From the NCBI GenBank assembly GCA_964483625.1, contig CAZABB010000009.1, positions 1-57,999 on the forward strand: a stretch of DNA of 57,999 bases. Direction: 5' to 3'. This document shows, one piece after another, positions 1 to 8,715 of the stretch. The DNA comes from an uncultured Planctomycetia bacterium (GTDB taxonomy: Bacteria; Omnitrophota; Gorgyraeia; Duberdicusellales; 4484-171). The translations under genes and the position numbers were made by a program. The notes beneath the pieces are model-generated. The model was not told the origin of the DNA. It saw only the letters and a program-made list of their open reading frames with translations, and searched no databases. Position 1 is the first letter of the stretch; each line of letters begins with the position of its first letter.

Positions 1-70
1 CATTATAGGAGATTTTTTCCTAATTTGCACTGCTTTCTTAACGGGGAGCAGTATATAATGACCAAAACAG

Positions 71-134
71 AAATCCGTTTGGAACATTCGAATTTAGAAT
101 TTGTTTCGAATTTCGATATTCGTGCTTCGGATTT
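71..134. repeat. Degenerate heptamer repeat element, AAATCCG / TTCGGATTT family (mostly the right arm)
   Basis: aaatccg at 71-77, then attcgaatttagaatttgtttcgaatttcgatattcgtgcttcggattt with roughly 7-nt periodicity, directly after the ribH stop. Confidence 0.55.
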
Positions 135-142
135 TAAAAGAA

Positions 143-604
143 CTATAATTGAGTATACAAATCGGCCATTTCAATGGCTGAGAGAGCCGCGGTACGGCCG
201 CGGTTACCCTGCTTGGTCCCGGCCCGTTCCAGAGCCTGCTCGATTGTATCGGCCATAATCGTCCCCATGATAATCGGGACATTATGTCCTAATGAAAGGT
301 TGGCAATACCCTTGGCCAGCTCCGAAGCAACGTATTCAAAATGAGGCGTATCACCGCGGATAACCGCGCCCAGGGTTATAAACGCGTCGAATTTCTTAGA
401 CGTACACCACTTCGCCAGAAGTTGAGGGATTTCAAACGAACCCGGAGTCCAGGCAATCGTGATATCTTTCTCCTCTACCCCCTGTTTGCGCAATTCGTCA
501 ATACATCCTTCAAGGAGTTTGGTCCCGATCAACTCATTAAACCGTGATACGGCAATCGCGATACGTTTCCCTTTTCCCTGATAATTGCCTTTGATCTCTT
601 TCAT
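143..604 (-). CDS. ribH: 6,7-dimethyl-8-ribityllumazine synthase
   Basis: SRFN, PGSFEIP, GAVIRGDTPHFEYV and ERAGTKQGNRG motifs; AAGGAG RBS. Confidence 0.97.
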   Translation of the reverse strand: MKEIKGNYQGKGKRIAIAVSRFNELIGTKLLEGCIDELRKQGVEEKDITIAWTPGSFEIPQLLAKWCTSKKFDAFITLGAVIRGDTPHFEYVASELAKGIANLSLGHNVPIIMGTIMADTIEQALERAGTKQGNRGRTAALSAIEMADLYTQL

Positions 605-623
605 ATTTCCACTCCTTTTTAAT

Positions 624-710
624 GGTCACAAGGACACATAGACACAAGGTCACATGAGAGAATCCACTAAAAAATAAAAACGTGTGTCGTGTGACATGTG
701 ACTATGTGAC
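624..710. repeat. Empty GTCACA-family palindromic tandem-repeat element
   Basis: Left arm ggtcacaaggacacatagacacaaggtcacatg (624-656), right arm cgtgtgtcgtgtgacatgtgactatgtgac (681-710), A-rich spacer. Confidence 0.85.
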
Positions 711-714
711 TTTT

Positions 715-1905
715 TCATAGTAAATGGTCGAGTTTTATCTTCTTTGTATTTAAATAATGCTGATTCTCTTTTTGATGTTCGAACTTCACCGGGATCCGCT
801 CGACGACTTCCAACCCGTATCCCTCCAGACCGACAATTTTCTTGGGGTTATTGGTTAAAAGGCGAATTTTTCTGATACCCAGATCCACAAGAATCTGAGC
901 GCCGATTCCGTAATCACGCAGATCCGAAGCAAACCCGAGATCATGATTTGCCTCGACAGTATCCCGTCCGGATTCCTGCAGACTGTACGCTTTGATCTTA
1001 TTGGCCAGGCCGATACCTCTGCCTTCCTGGCGCATGTACAGTAAAACTCCGTGGTCTTCAGAAATCATACGCAAGGCTTCGTGCAGCTGAACGCCGCAGT
1101 CACAGCGTTTTGACCCCAGAACATCGCCGGTAAAACATTCCGAATGCACGCGAACCAGAACCGGTTTTTGAGAAATATTACCCTTGACCAGAGCAATATG
1201 ATGCGTGGCGTCGGTGCATGATTCATAAAGATGTAAAACAAAATCACCATAGGCCGTCGGTAACTGAACGGTTTCAAGTCGATTGATGAGTTTTTCCTTT
1301 TTACGGCGGTATTCGATGAGCGAGGCGATTGTACATATCTTCAATCCATGTTTTTCAGAGAATTTCATAAGATCGGGAAGCCGAGCCATGGTCCCGTCGT
1401 CGTTGATAATCTCACAGATCACTCCCGCCGGATAAAGCCCGGCCAGGCGAGACAGGTCCACCGCGGCTTCGGTATGGCCGGCCCGAGCCAGTACGCCTCC
1501 TTCTTTTGCTTCTAAAGGAAACAGGTGCCCGGGACGAACCAGATCTTCATGCTGCGAGTGGGAAGAAATGAGCACTTCTACGGTACGGGCCCGGTCAAAG
1601 GGAGAAATTCCGGTCGTGATCCCGCGACGTGCATCAACCGACATGCGCCAGGCGGTCTTAAACGGATCTTCCTGCTGTTGAGGCACATAGTGTAAATCAA
1701 GCCCCAACTGTTTCACTCTCTCCGGCTTAAGCGGAACACAGACCAACCCTCTGGCCTCTTTAATCATGAAATTAATCACATCAGGTGTGGCACGCTCGGC
1801 GGCGATGATCAAATCACCTTCATTCTCACGGGATTCGTCGTCAACGACGATGACCGGCCGGCCTTCTCTGATATCGGCTAAAATGTCTTCAATTGAAGCG
1901 AACAT
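715..1905 (-). CDS. ribBA: Bifunctional DHBP synthase / GTP cyclohydrolase II
   Basis: [32 protein letters not shown] and QEGRGIGL motifs. Confidence 0.97.
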   Translation of the reverse strand: MFASIEDILADIREGRPVIVVDDESRENEGDLIIAAERATPDVINFMIKEARGLVCVPLKPERVKQLGLDLHYVPQQQEDPFKTAWRMSVDARRGITTGISPFDRARTVEVLISSHSQHEDLVRPGHLFPLEAKEGGVLARAGHTEAAVDLSRLAGLYPAGVICEIINDDGTMARLPDLMKFSEKHGLKICTIASLIEYRRKKEKLINRLETVQLPTAYGDFVLHLYESCTDATHHIALVKGNISQKPVLVRVHSECFTGDVLGSKRCDCGVQLHEALRMISEDHGVLLYMRQEGRGIGLANKIKAYSLQESGRDTVEANHDLGFASDLRDYGIGAQILVDLGIRKIRLLTNNPKKIVGLEGYGLEVVERIPVKFEHQKENQHYLNTKKIKLDHLL

Positions 1906-1926
1906 ATACTTTCCTTTCAGGAAATC

Positions 1927-2020
1927 GATTACGGTGATTCTACGGGGATTACGGAGATTAAAAGATCACTGTAATCAATGCCGTAGGCATAATCACTGTA
2001 ATCATTCCGCCTTCGCGGAA
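1927..2020. repeat. GATTACGG / AATCACTGT 9-mer palindromic repeat element with embedded mini-hairpins
   Basis: gattacggtgatt..gattacggagatta faces gatcactgtaatc..aatcactgtaatc; hairpins atgcc-GTA-ggcat (1978-1990) and ttccgc..gcggaa (2005-2020). Confidence 0.75.
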
Positions 2021-2027
2021 GTAGATT

Positions 2028-2056
2028 ACCTTAACGCACATCGCCAAAAATGTCAA
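2028..2056 (-). promoter_or_regulatory. Putative sigma70 promoter for ribBA-ribH
   Basis: TTGACA-17 nt-TAAGGT on the minus strand. Confidence 0.55.
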
Positions 2057-2085
2057 GAAATATAAGGTTTTTAGAAAAAACCTTA

Positions 2086-2300
2086 TGATTACAATGATTA
2101 AATAGGGATTACGGCGATTAGGCCTACAGCGTGTATCGCGTCGTGCGTACTGCGTATTGCGTACAGGGTTCAATGTGATATAGAAAGAAAATATGAATAT
2201 GCGTTTTGTTCCCTGGCACGATACTCAACACGCAATACGAACATTATCTGTGACTATCTGTTTATAATCTGTGGCTATCTGTGTAAAGAAATTACGGAGA
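2086..2300. repeat. Cluster of repeat arms: orphan GATTAC arm, TGCGTAT/ACGCAAT palindrome, ATCTGTG arm
   Basis: gattacaatgatta..gattacggcgatta; gtgcgtactgcgtattgcgtacaggg faces ccctggcacgatactcaacacgcaatacg; atctgtg repeated about four times at 2245-2284. Confidence 0.65.
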
Positions 2301-2302
2301 TA

Positions 2303-3199
2303 TTAGAAAATAATACGCAGGCCAGCCTGGACATCAAATTGAGCCGAACGGCGGGTGAGATCGAGAAAAAATTCCTTGTTTTTAGCCATCTCTCGTGAAA
2401 AAGAAACCTTGGGAGCAAGCTTTCTCCCCCGGCGGCTGGTAACGGTCATCTCGATCCGGTTTTTGGCGAAGGTGACTTTAACCGGGAATATCCAGGTAAC
2501 CGGAGCACCCCGGTCGTATCTCAGGGTAAACCCTATTTTTGTCTTTGAGTATATTTTCCACGTCCCGGAAAGAGAAAATCGTTTCCTCTTTATGCGTACT
2601 CCTCTTTTGGTCTCATATCCGAAGCGGGAAATAAAATCGATGCGGTTTTTCTTCGGATCGCAGACGATTTTTTTACGGTCAAGCGTGATCTTTAAAAAGC
2701 TCCTCCCGCTTCGTTCGATCTTATACCCCAGCGAATTGCCGGCAAATGCCCAGCGGCCATTCAGCGTAAAGGTACTCACCCGGCAGCGGTTATCGGCGCG
2801 CCAGGCGTACATCAGGCGGTTGTCACCGGATATGCGCCACTGATTTTTAAACACAAGCGCCTGGTTTTTTCTGTCTTTCTGCAGGCGAAAAGTCAGGCGG
2901 TTATACTTGTCCGCACCCCAGGTCCCGTTCAGATAGATACGTTTTATGTGGCGGTGTGAAGGGGTATGACGCTCGAGCACCTTAAAGCCGATGCGGTTAT
3001 ACTTTGCTTCCTCAATTTTACCCTGAAACGAAATAGATTCACCGAAGGTATCGTTCTGCGTCCGGTTGACCAGAAACACCAGGTTATGCTTCTTATCGAG
3101 CGCCCACTGGCCCTTAATCTTTACCGAAGCCCCTTTGCCTTCGGGATGATAGATGAGGTTATTCGCCTCGACGGTGTAATGACCGCTTTTTTTCTTCAT
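2303..3199 (-). CDS. Hypothetical, very basic beta-rich protein with internal GxW-x2-D-x2-N-x-L-x-F repeats
   Basis: Long ORF (given as 2303-3214); start moved to ATG 3199 because the longer start lies inside a repeat arm; about five GxW repeats. Confidence 0.7.
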   Translation of the reverse strand: MKKKSGHYTVEANNLIYHPEGKGASVKIKGQWALDKKHNLVFLVNRTQNDTFGESISFQGKIEEAKYNRIGFKVLERHTPSHRHIKRIYLNGTWGADKYNRLTFRLQKDRKNQALVFKNQWRISGDNRLMYAWRADNRCRVSTFTLNGRWAFAGNSLGYKIERSGRSFLKITLDRKKIVCDPKKNRIDFISRFGYETKRGVRIKRKRFSLSGTWKIYSKTKIGFTLRYDRGAPVTWIFPVKVTFAKNRIEMTVTSRRGRKLAPKVSFSREMAKNKEFFLDLTRRSAQFDVQAGLRIIF

Positions 3200-3208
3200 A
3201 TTATTAAA

Positions 3209-3242
3209 GGTCACATAGTCACAAGGTCACACGTCACACGTT
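3209..3242. repeat. GTCACA-family arm, downstream end of the HEPN cassette
   Basis: ggtcacatagtcacaaggtcacacgtcacacgtt, 6 nt past the stop of 3249-3863. Confidence 0.85.
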
Positions 3243-3248
3243 AAAAAA

Positions 3249-3863
3249 CTAAATCGATTCCTCTATTTTTTCTTTATCCATTTGTCGCAATATATCCAAT
3301 CCTAACTTCGCAATGTTGAAACACCTTTTTGCATCTTCATCGCCATAAGTGGTTTGTCCGCGATGGAGGATGCGATTTCGTGGCCAAAATAGTTTTTCCT
3401 GAATGGACTTTACTAAATTATTTAGTTCTAAACTGGGGTATCCTTTCTTTATGGTATCGAGAAAGTCAGTATGATTACTCACAAAACATTCAAAACTACT
3501 AGATACCATTGATTGAGACACCTCGTTTATTTTTTTCGTAATATTCCATTTCGTTAGTTTCTTCTCTATATCACCATCCGAGATCTTACTATCGAGGTTT
3601 TTCCATTTTAGATATAATCTCGACAGTTCGCAGTCAAATGCCATGGCGGCATAGACAATAGATAGGTTGTAATCTTCATTTTTACGGTATTCATATCTAC
3701 TTTTTTCTAAAATTTTAAATCCGATAGTAATATCGTTGCTGAAACAATACGATAATCTGTTTCCACAGGGGCAATTTCCGCTTACTTCCGTATCGTGCAA
3801 CCTAAAGAACAGAAAATTCTCTTTTCCACATTTATCACATACAACATATAAAGGAGTCTTCAT
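3249..3863 (-). CDS. Putative HEPN-domain ribonuclease with N-terminal Zn-ribbon-like Cys pairs
   Basis: RNRILH (R-x4-H) motif; N-terminal HEPN-like helix YNLSIVYAAMAFDCEL; CDKC and CPC; visibly more AT-rich than its neighbours. Confidence 0.6.
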   Translation of the reverse strand: MKTPLYVVCDKCGKENFLFFRLHDTEVSGNCPCGNRLSYCFSNDITIGFKILEKSRYEYRKNEDYNLSIVYAAMAFDCELSRLYLKWKNLDSKISDGDIEKKLTKWNITKKINEVSQSMVSSSFECFVSNHTDFLDTIKKGYPSLELNNLVKSIQEKLFWPRNRILHRGQTTYGDEDAKRCFNIAKLGLDILRQMDKEKIEESI

Positions 3864-3929
3864 TTTGCCCGCTGTTTTTCTCCTTTAACTGCTAAATACT
3901 GCTTATAAAATTATTACACTCGCCCGTCT

Positions 3930-4018
3930 AACTTCTCTACGATGTCAGAAAACACACGACTTATAGACTTTCATGCTTCTTTTCACGTGTGTCTATGTGA
4001 CGTGTGTCGTGTGACTTA
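3930..4018. repeat. GTCACA-family arm plus 22-bp block, upstream end of the HEPN cassette
   Basis: Reverse complement of 3978-4018 matches 38731-38771 at 40/41; 3930-3951 matches 38788-38809 at 20/22. Confidence 0.9.
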
Positions 4019-5590
4019 TTTCTTAGTAGTTTTAAGCAGTTTGTATTCGATAGAATCCACCAACGCGTTGTAGGAGGCTTCGATGATATTTTGCGAAACT
4101 CCTATTGTTGTCCACGTATCGGTTTCATCCTGGGACTGGATAAGTACGCGTACCTGAGCGGCAGTTCCTTCTTCGGCATCAAGGACACGCACTTTAAAAT
4201 CGGTAAGATGCATCGACGAAAGTGCCGGATAGATCCCCTCCAAAGCTTTACGCAACGCGTTATCCAGGGCATTCACCGGCCCGTCACCTTCGGAAGCGGT
4301 ATGCTGCAGACTTCCCTTAACGCGTAGTTTTACCGTGGCTTCCGAAATCAAGGTGTTATCTTCGCGTTTTTCTATGATCACCCGAAAACCCAGGAGATCG
4401 AAAAACTTCTTGTATTTTTTGAACTCTCTTTTCAGGAGCAGTTCGAATGACGCCTCGGCTACCTCGAACTGATAACCCTGACGTTCCAAATCCTGAATAA
4501 GTCCGTGCAGTTTCTTCGCCCGGGGCGATTTCTTATCCAGATCGAAGGAAAGATCTTTAGCTTTTACCACCAGCGTCGATTTACCGGCAAGTTCGGAAAC
4601 CAGAAACCGACGGCGGTTACCCACGCGCGTCGGATCAGCATGTTCATAACACAGCGGATTTTTTACGACCGCATCGATATGAATACCTCCCTTATGGGCG
4701 AACGCGGATTTTCCCACAAACGGCTGGCTGTTACTATGCACAACATTACTGATCTCGCTGATAAAGTAGGAAAGTTCGGTAAGAGACTCCAATTTCTTCG
4801 CGCTCACAACCTCCCTCCCCAGCTTCTCCTGCAGGATTCCCATGATCGGAACAAGGTCCGCGTTTCCGCATCGTTCACCGTAGCCGTTAATCGTTCCCTG
4901 GATATGTATACATCCGGAGCCCACCGTAGCTACTGAATTACTTACGGCCATACCCAGGTCGTTATGGCAATGAATACCGAAGGTATCGATCCCCAGCTTC
5001 CCCTTGACCTCGGCGGCGATCCGGGAAATATCCCGGGGCAATGTTCCTCCGTTAGTGTCGCAAAAAACAATAAGTTCACAGCCCCCGGACAATGCGGCCT
5101 CGAGGGTTTTCAAGGCATACTCAGGATTATGCTTATACCCGTCAAAGAAATGTTCGGCATCATAAAATACTTTCCGCCCTTGTTTGGTTAAAAACCGTAC
5201 GCTGTCTTCGATCAGTTTCACATTGGCATCAAGAGGAATACGCAGAGCGTCTTTAACGTGAAGATCCCAGGTCTTACCGAAAATGGTAACGTACTTAGTC
5301 TCGGCTTTTAATAAGGCCTTTAAATTCTTATCTTTGGAGGCGGGCTTGGCCGGATGAGCCGTTGACCCAAACGGCGTAAGGTTCGCCTTTTTAAGCGGTT
5401 TTTTTCGAAAATGTTCAAATACCGCGTTATCTTTAGGGTTGGAAAACGGCCACCCTCCCTCGATGTAATGGATCCCGAAATCGTCCAGCTTTTCGGCAAT
5501 CGCGATCTTGTCTGCTACCGAATAAGAAATCCCTTCGGTCTGGGACCCGTCCCGTAATGTGGTATCGTATATCTCTATCTTCTTTATCAT
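4016..5590 (-). CDS. cimA: Citramalate synthase (alpha-IPM synthase family)
   Basis: DTTLRDGSQTEG, IEGGWP, DAEHFFDG, HCHND, GYGERCGNA and AFAHKGG motifs; LeuA-type regulatory domain. Confidence 0.9.
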   Translation of the reverse strand: MIKKIEIYDTTLRDGSQTEGISYSVADKIAIAEKLDDFGIHYIEGGWPFSNPKDNAVFEHFRKKPLKKANLTPFGSTAHPAKPASKDKNLKALLKAETKYVTIFGKTWDLHVKDALRIPLDANVKLIEDSVRFLTKQGRKVFYDAEHFFDGYKHNPEYALKTLEAALSGGCELIVFCDTNGGTLPRDISRIAAEVKGKLGIDTFGIHCHNDLGMAVSNSVATVGSGCIHIQGTINGYGERCGNADLVPIMGILQEKLGREVVSAKKLESLTELSYFISEISNVVHSNSQPFVGKSAFAHKGGIHIDAVVKNPLCYEHADPTRVGNRRRFLVSELAGKSTLVVKAKDLSFDLDKKSPRAKKLHGLIQDLERQGYQFEVAEASFELLLKREFKKYKKFFDLLGFRVIIEKREDNTLISEATVKLRVKGSLQHTASEGDGPVNALDNALRKALEGIYPALSSMHLTDFKVRVLDAEEGTAAQVRVLIQSQDETDTWTTIGVSQNIIEASYNALVDSIEYKLLKTTKK

Positions 5591-5623
5591 TATTTAAAAC
5601 TCCTATCTTCACCTCCGGCGAAC

Positions 5624-5718
5624 CACAGATCATCACTGATTTTCAACAGATGATCACAGACGGTTCTATCTGTGGCCATCTGTGGAATCCCACCCGAAGG
5701 GCTCTGTGATCATCTGTG
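5624..5718. repeat. CACAGAT / ATCTGTG palindromic tandem-repeat element
   Basis: cacagat..cactgat..aacagat..cacaga faces atctgtg..atctgtg..ctctgtg..atctgtg; ccc-GAA-ggg hairpin at 5693-5701. Confidence 0.8.
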
Positions 5719-5720
5719 TA

Positions 5721-6941
5721 TCACATTTTATCCAATTTGAACTCTTTGTGCAAAACTTTTAATGCCTTTTTTCCCTGCCGCTTATGGGTCACACAGGAGA
5801 TGCTAATCTCAGAAGTCGAGATCATCTCGATATTGATCTTATTCTTTGCCAGGACCGCGAAACACCGGGCGGCCACCCCCGAATGAGATCTCATTCCGAT
5901 GCCGACGATCGACACTTTGGCGATGGATTCATCGACCAGGACATCCTTGGCTTTTACTTTTTTTGCCAGTTCTTTTGAGGTCTTTAAAGCTTTTACCAGA
6001 GTGCTTTTGGACACAGTAAAGGAAATATCGGTCATCTTTTTATGGCTGACATTCTGTACGATCATATCGACATTGATCGATTTCTTGGCGAGTTCGGTAA
6101 ATACCTTGGCGGCCACACCGGGAGTGTCGGGCAGGTTACAGATAGTGATCTTGGCCTCGTTCTCCGTGAGGGCCACGCCGCGTACGACCGCTTCCTCGAT
6201 ATAAGAAACTTTTTCCATAATAATCGTTCCCTCCTTTTTCGTAAAACTGCTGCGCACATGCAGAGGTATATTGAATTTCTTGGCTACCTCGACCGCCCGG
6301 GTCTGCATGACCTGGGCGCCGCGGGCGGCAAGCTCCAGCATTTCGTCAAACGTGATCTTTTTGATCTTACGGGCTTCCGGGATAATCCGGGGATCAGCGG
6401 TAAAAATACCTTCAACATCGGTAAAAATTTCACACATATCCGCGCCAATCGCGCAGGCAATCGCGACGGCGCTTAGATCCGAACCGCCGCGGCCCAGGGT
6501 CGTGATTTCCTGTGCGGTACTTACCCCCTGGAATCCGGCGATGATCACCACATTCCCTTTCTTCAGTTCATCCTTAATCCGTTCGTTACGGATTGTCAAT
6601 ATTTTCGCCTGAGCATGGAATGTATCGGTAATAATACCTACCTGCGGTCCGGTAAGCGAAATAGCCTTTTCCCCCCGTTTATGCAGGGCCATCGCAAGCA
6701 GTGACGAGGAAATAATCTCACCGGTCGAGACCAGCATATCCATCTCCCGCTCGGACGCCCGGGGATTAATCTGATCCGCCAGTTCAATCAACTCATCAGT
6801 CGTATCCCCCATCGCCGAGACGACAACCACGACTTTATGGCCTTTGTTCACATACGATGCGACGCGATCGGCAACCCGATTCAATTTCTCGACGTTGCCG
6901 ACCGAAGATCCTCCGAACTTCTGCACGATAAGCTTACCCAT
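5721..6941 (-). CDS. lysC: Aspartate kinase
   Basis: QKFGGSS, SAMGDTTD, TTLGRGGSD and TDVEG motifs; two ACT domains. Confidence 0.96.
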   Translation of the reverse strand: MGKLIVQKFGGSSVGNVEKLNRVADRVASYVNKGHKVVVVVSAMGDTTDELIELADQINPRASEREMDMLVSTGEIISSSLLAMALHKRGEKAISLTGPQVGIITDTFHAQAKILTIRNERIKDELKKGNVVIIAGFQGVSTAQEITTLGRGGSDLSAVAIACAIGADMCEIFTDVEGIFTADPRIIPEARKIKKITFDEMLELAARGAQVMQTRAVEVAKKFNIPLHVRSSFTKKEGTIIMEKVSYIEEAVVRGVALTENEAKITICNLPDTPGVAAKVFTELAKKSINVDMIVQNVSHKKMTDISFTVSKSTLVKALKTSKELAKKVKAKDVLVDESIAKVSIVGIGMRSHSGVAARCFAVLAKNKINIEMISTSEISISCVTHKRQGKKALKVLHKEFKLDKM

Positions 6942-7007
6942 TGTTTACTCCTTTAATAAGGCTGTCACTTACGGAACGAAGTAATCGTAAGTGACTTAGC
7001 CGCATTA

Positions 7008-7111
7008 AACCCCGCCCTCTAAGCTGTTTTATGAGAGAAGGGTAATCTTAATTACTATCCTATCTTACCAGTCCTCGCCTCTGTTGCTACATTCTGCATA
7101 GGGGGCGGGGT
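7008..7111. mobile_element. MITE-like element of about 104 bp with imperfect terminal inverted repeats (copy 1)
   Basis: accccgccctctaagctgtttt ... ctgcatagggggcggggt; the same ends occur at 49734-49841. Confidence 0.6.
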
Positions 7112-7131
7112 CAAATTCAGCCAAAACAGAC

Positions 7132-8715
7132 TTATGTTCGCTCATTTCTTCGCTCCATAAGTCTGGGCTTCATTCGACACTCACCGATAATCATTGCGCT
7201 CATTACCAAAAGAACGAGCGTAATTCCCAACAAAAGATAATTTGCCGCGCGCAGGAACATAACTGCCTGTACGCCCAGAGCGCCGACCGTCACCAGAAGC
7301 ATGACTACCGCCGGAATCAGCGCGACGGTATGGTTTCTCCCCGAAGAAAGCAGCCAGCTTGCCGCGACCAGAAGAGCAAGGGCGGCGACCAGCTGGTTCG
7401 ATGCGCCAAAGATCGGCCACAACTTCTCCCATCCGCCACTGAATGCAAGATACCCGGCGCATACGGTCACGATCAGAGTACTGAGCCATTTATTTTCGAC
7501 CCCGAACAATTCCTGGGTGAGAAACCGGGTAATTCTCGTTGCGGTATCGAGCGTGGTCAGAATAAAAGCATTGAGGATGACGATAGCCATTACCTGACCG
7601 TAGCCGCCTAGAAAATACGTAATACGGGAAAACCCCAGGCTGAACGCGTCGATGGCACTGAGATGAGGGCTGGTATTTCTGGTCCCGAAAGCAACGCAGA
7701 ACAACACAATCACCGCTAATACCCCTTCAAGGATCATTGCCCCGTATCCCACCGGTTTAATATGCCTCTCGCTTGATATCTGCTTTGAAGTAGTCCCGCT
7801 TGCAACTAGAGAGTGAAATCCCGAAATCGCACCGCAGGCAACGGTAATGAACATAACGGGGAACAGAGGCCCCAGAGAAGATCCCGCGGCGAATAATTTT
7901 GATCCGGTCAATTCGTAAGGCTTAATCAGGAGTCCGGCAGACGCGACGGCAATACCAAAAAAGAGAAGAAAACTCGAAAGGTAATCACGCGGCTGAAGCA
8001 GAATCTGAACGGGTAATATCGAAGAGATAAAAGCGTAGAGAAACAGACCAATCATCCACGCCCGGTGCGGATCGGCAAAAGCCGGCGAAACCGGATGTAG
8101 ATTTCCCATTACGATCAGACCCGCCAGAAGAGCCAGGCCGATAAGCGTGGCCCATATCGTACCCAGACGGAAACGATAGATACAAACACCGATAACCAAC
8201 GCTACCGGAATTATTCCCACCGACGGAGTCACTACCTGCGGCTGAGAAACAAAGCTCTTTGCGCATAACGAGGCAAAAACCGCCACGACCAGAAGCAGCG
8301 CAAGCCATAAAAAAACCAGAAACATCTTACTCGCCCGGCGGGAAATGTATTTTTCGGCGATGGATCCCAGGGTCTTTCCCTCCTGGCGCACTGAGACTAC
8401 CAGAGCCAGAAAATCGTGAACACCGCCGATTAAAAGGCTTCCCAGAACGATCCAGACCAACGCCGGCAGCCAGCCCCAATGAATATAGGCGAGAGCCGGC
8501 CCGACGATGGGTCCGGCCCCGGCGATGGAGGCGAAATGGTGGCCGAAAAGTATCAGCGGATTCCTCGCCGGGACATAATCGACCCCGTCGTAACGGGTGG
8601 TACTGGGCATCGACGCCCGTCCGTCGATGGAAACGATACGACTGAGATATTTACCATAGACGTGATATCCCGCCGCCAGGATAGCGATAACGCTACAAAA
8701 CAGTAGAATACTCAT
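7132..8715 (-). CDS. cstA: Carbon starvation protein A (peptide/pyruvate transporter family)
   Basis: DGVDYVP, GHHFASIAGAGPIVGP, LLQPRDYL, ACGAISGFH and TTLDTATR motifs. Confidence 0.93.
   Translation of the reverse strand: MSILLFCSVIAILAAGYHVYGKYLSRIVSIDGRASMPSTTRYDGVDYVPARNPLILFGHHFASIAGAGPIVGPALAYIHWGWLPALVWIVLGSLLIGGVHDFLALVVSVRQEGKTLGSIAEKYISRRASKMFLVFLWLALLLVVAVFASLCAKSFVSQPQVVTPSVGIIPVALVIGVCIYRFRLGTIWATLIGLALLAGLIVMGNLHPVSPAFADPHRAWMIGLFLYAFISSILPVQILLQPRDYLSSFLLFFGIAVASAGLLIKPYELTGSKLFAAGSSLGPLFPVMFITVACGAISGFHSLVASGTTSKQISSERHIKPVGYGAMILEGVLAVIVLFCVAFGTRNTSPHLSAIDAFSLGFSRITYFLGGYGQVMAIVILNAFILTTLDTATRITRFLTQELFGVENKWLSTLIVTVCAGYLAFSGGWEKLWPIFGASNQLVAALALLVAASWLLSSGRNHTVALIPAVVMLLVTVGALGVQAVMFLRAANYLLLGITLVLLVMSAMIIGECRMKPRLMERRNERT

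Noticed and set aside
1-60. Possible start of a downstream minus-strand gene (CAT at 1-3)
   Set aside because: No coding sequence is available in the window to support a call.
624-710. Repeat arrays as CRISPR or integron attC sites
   Set aside because: Units are 7-9 bp, degenerate and inverted, with no unique spacers between identical repeats. No cas or intI gene is present and there are no consistent RYYYAAC/GTTRRRY ends.
6945-7130. Lysine riboswitch upstream of lysC
   Set aside because: Only a short AGAGGCG resembles the aptamer. The segment instead shares its ends with 49734-49841, which lies upstream of an unrelated gene.
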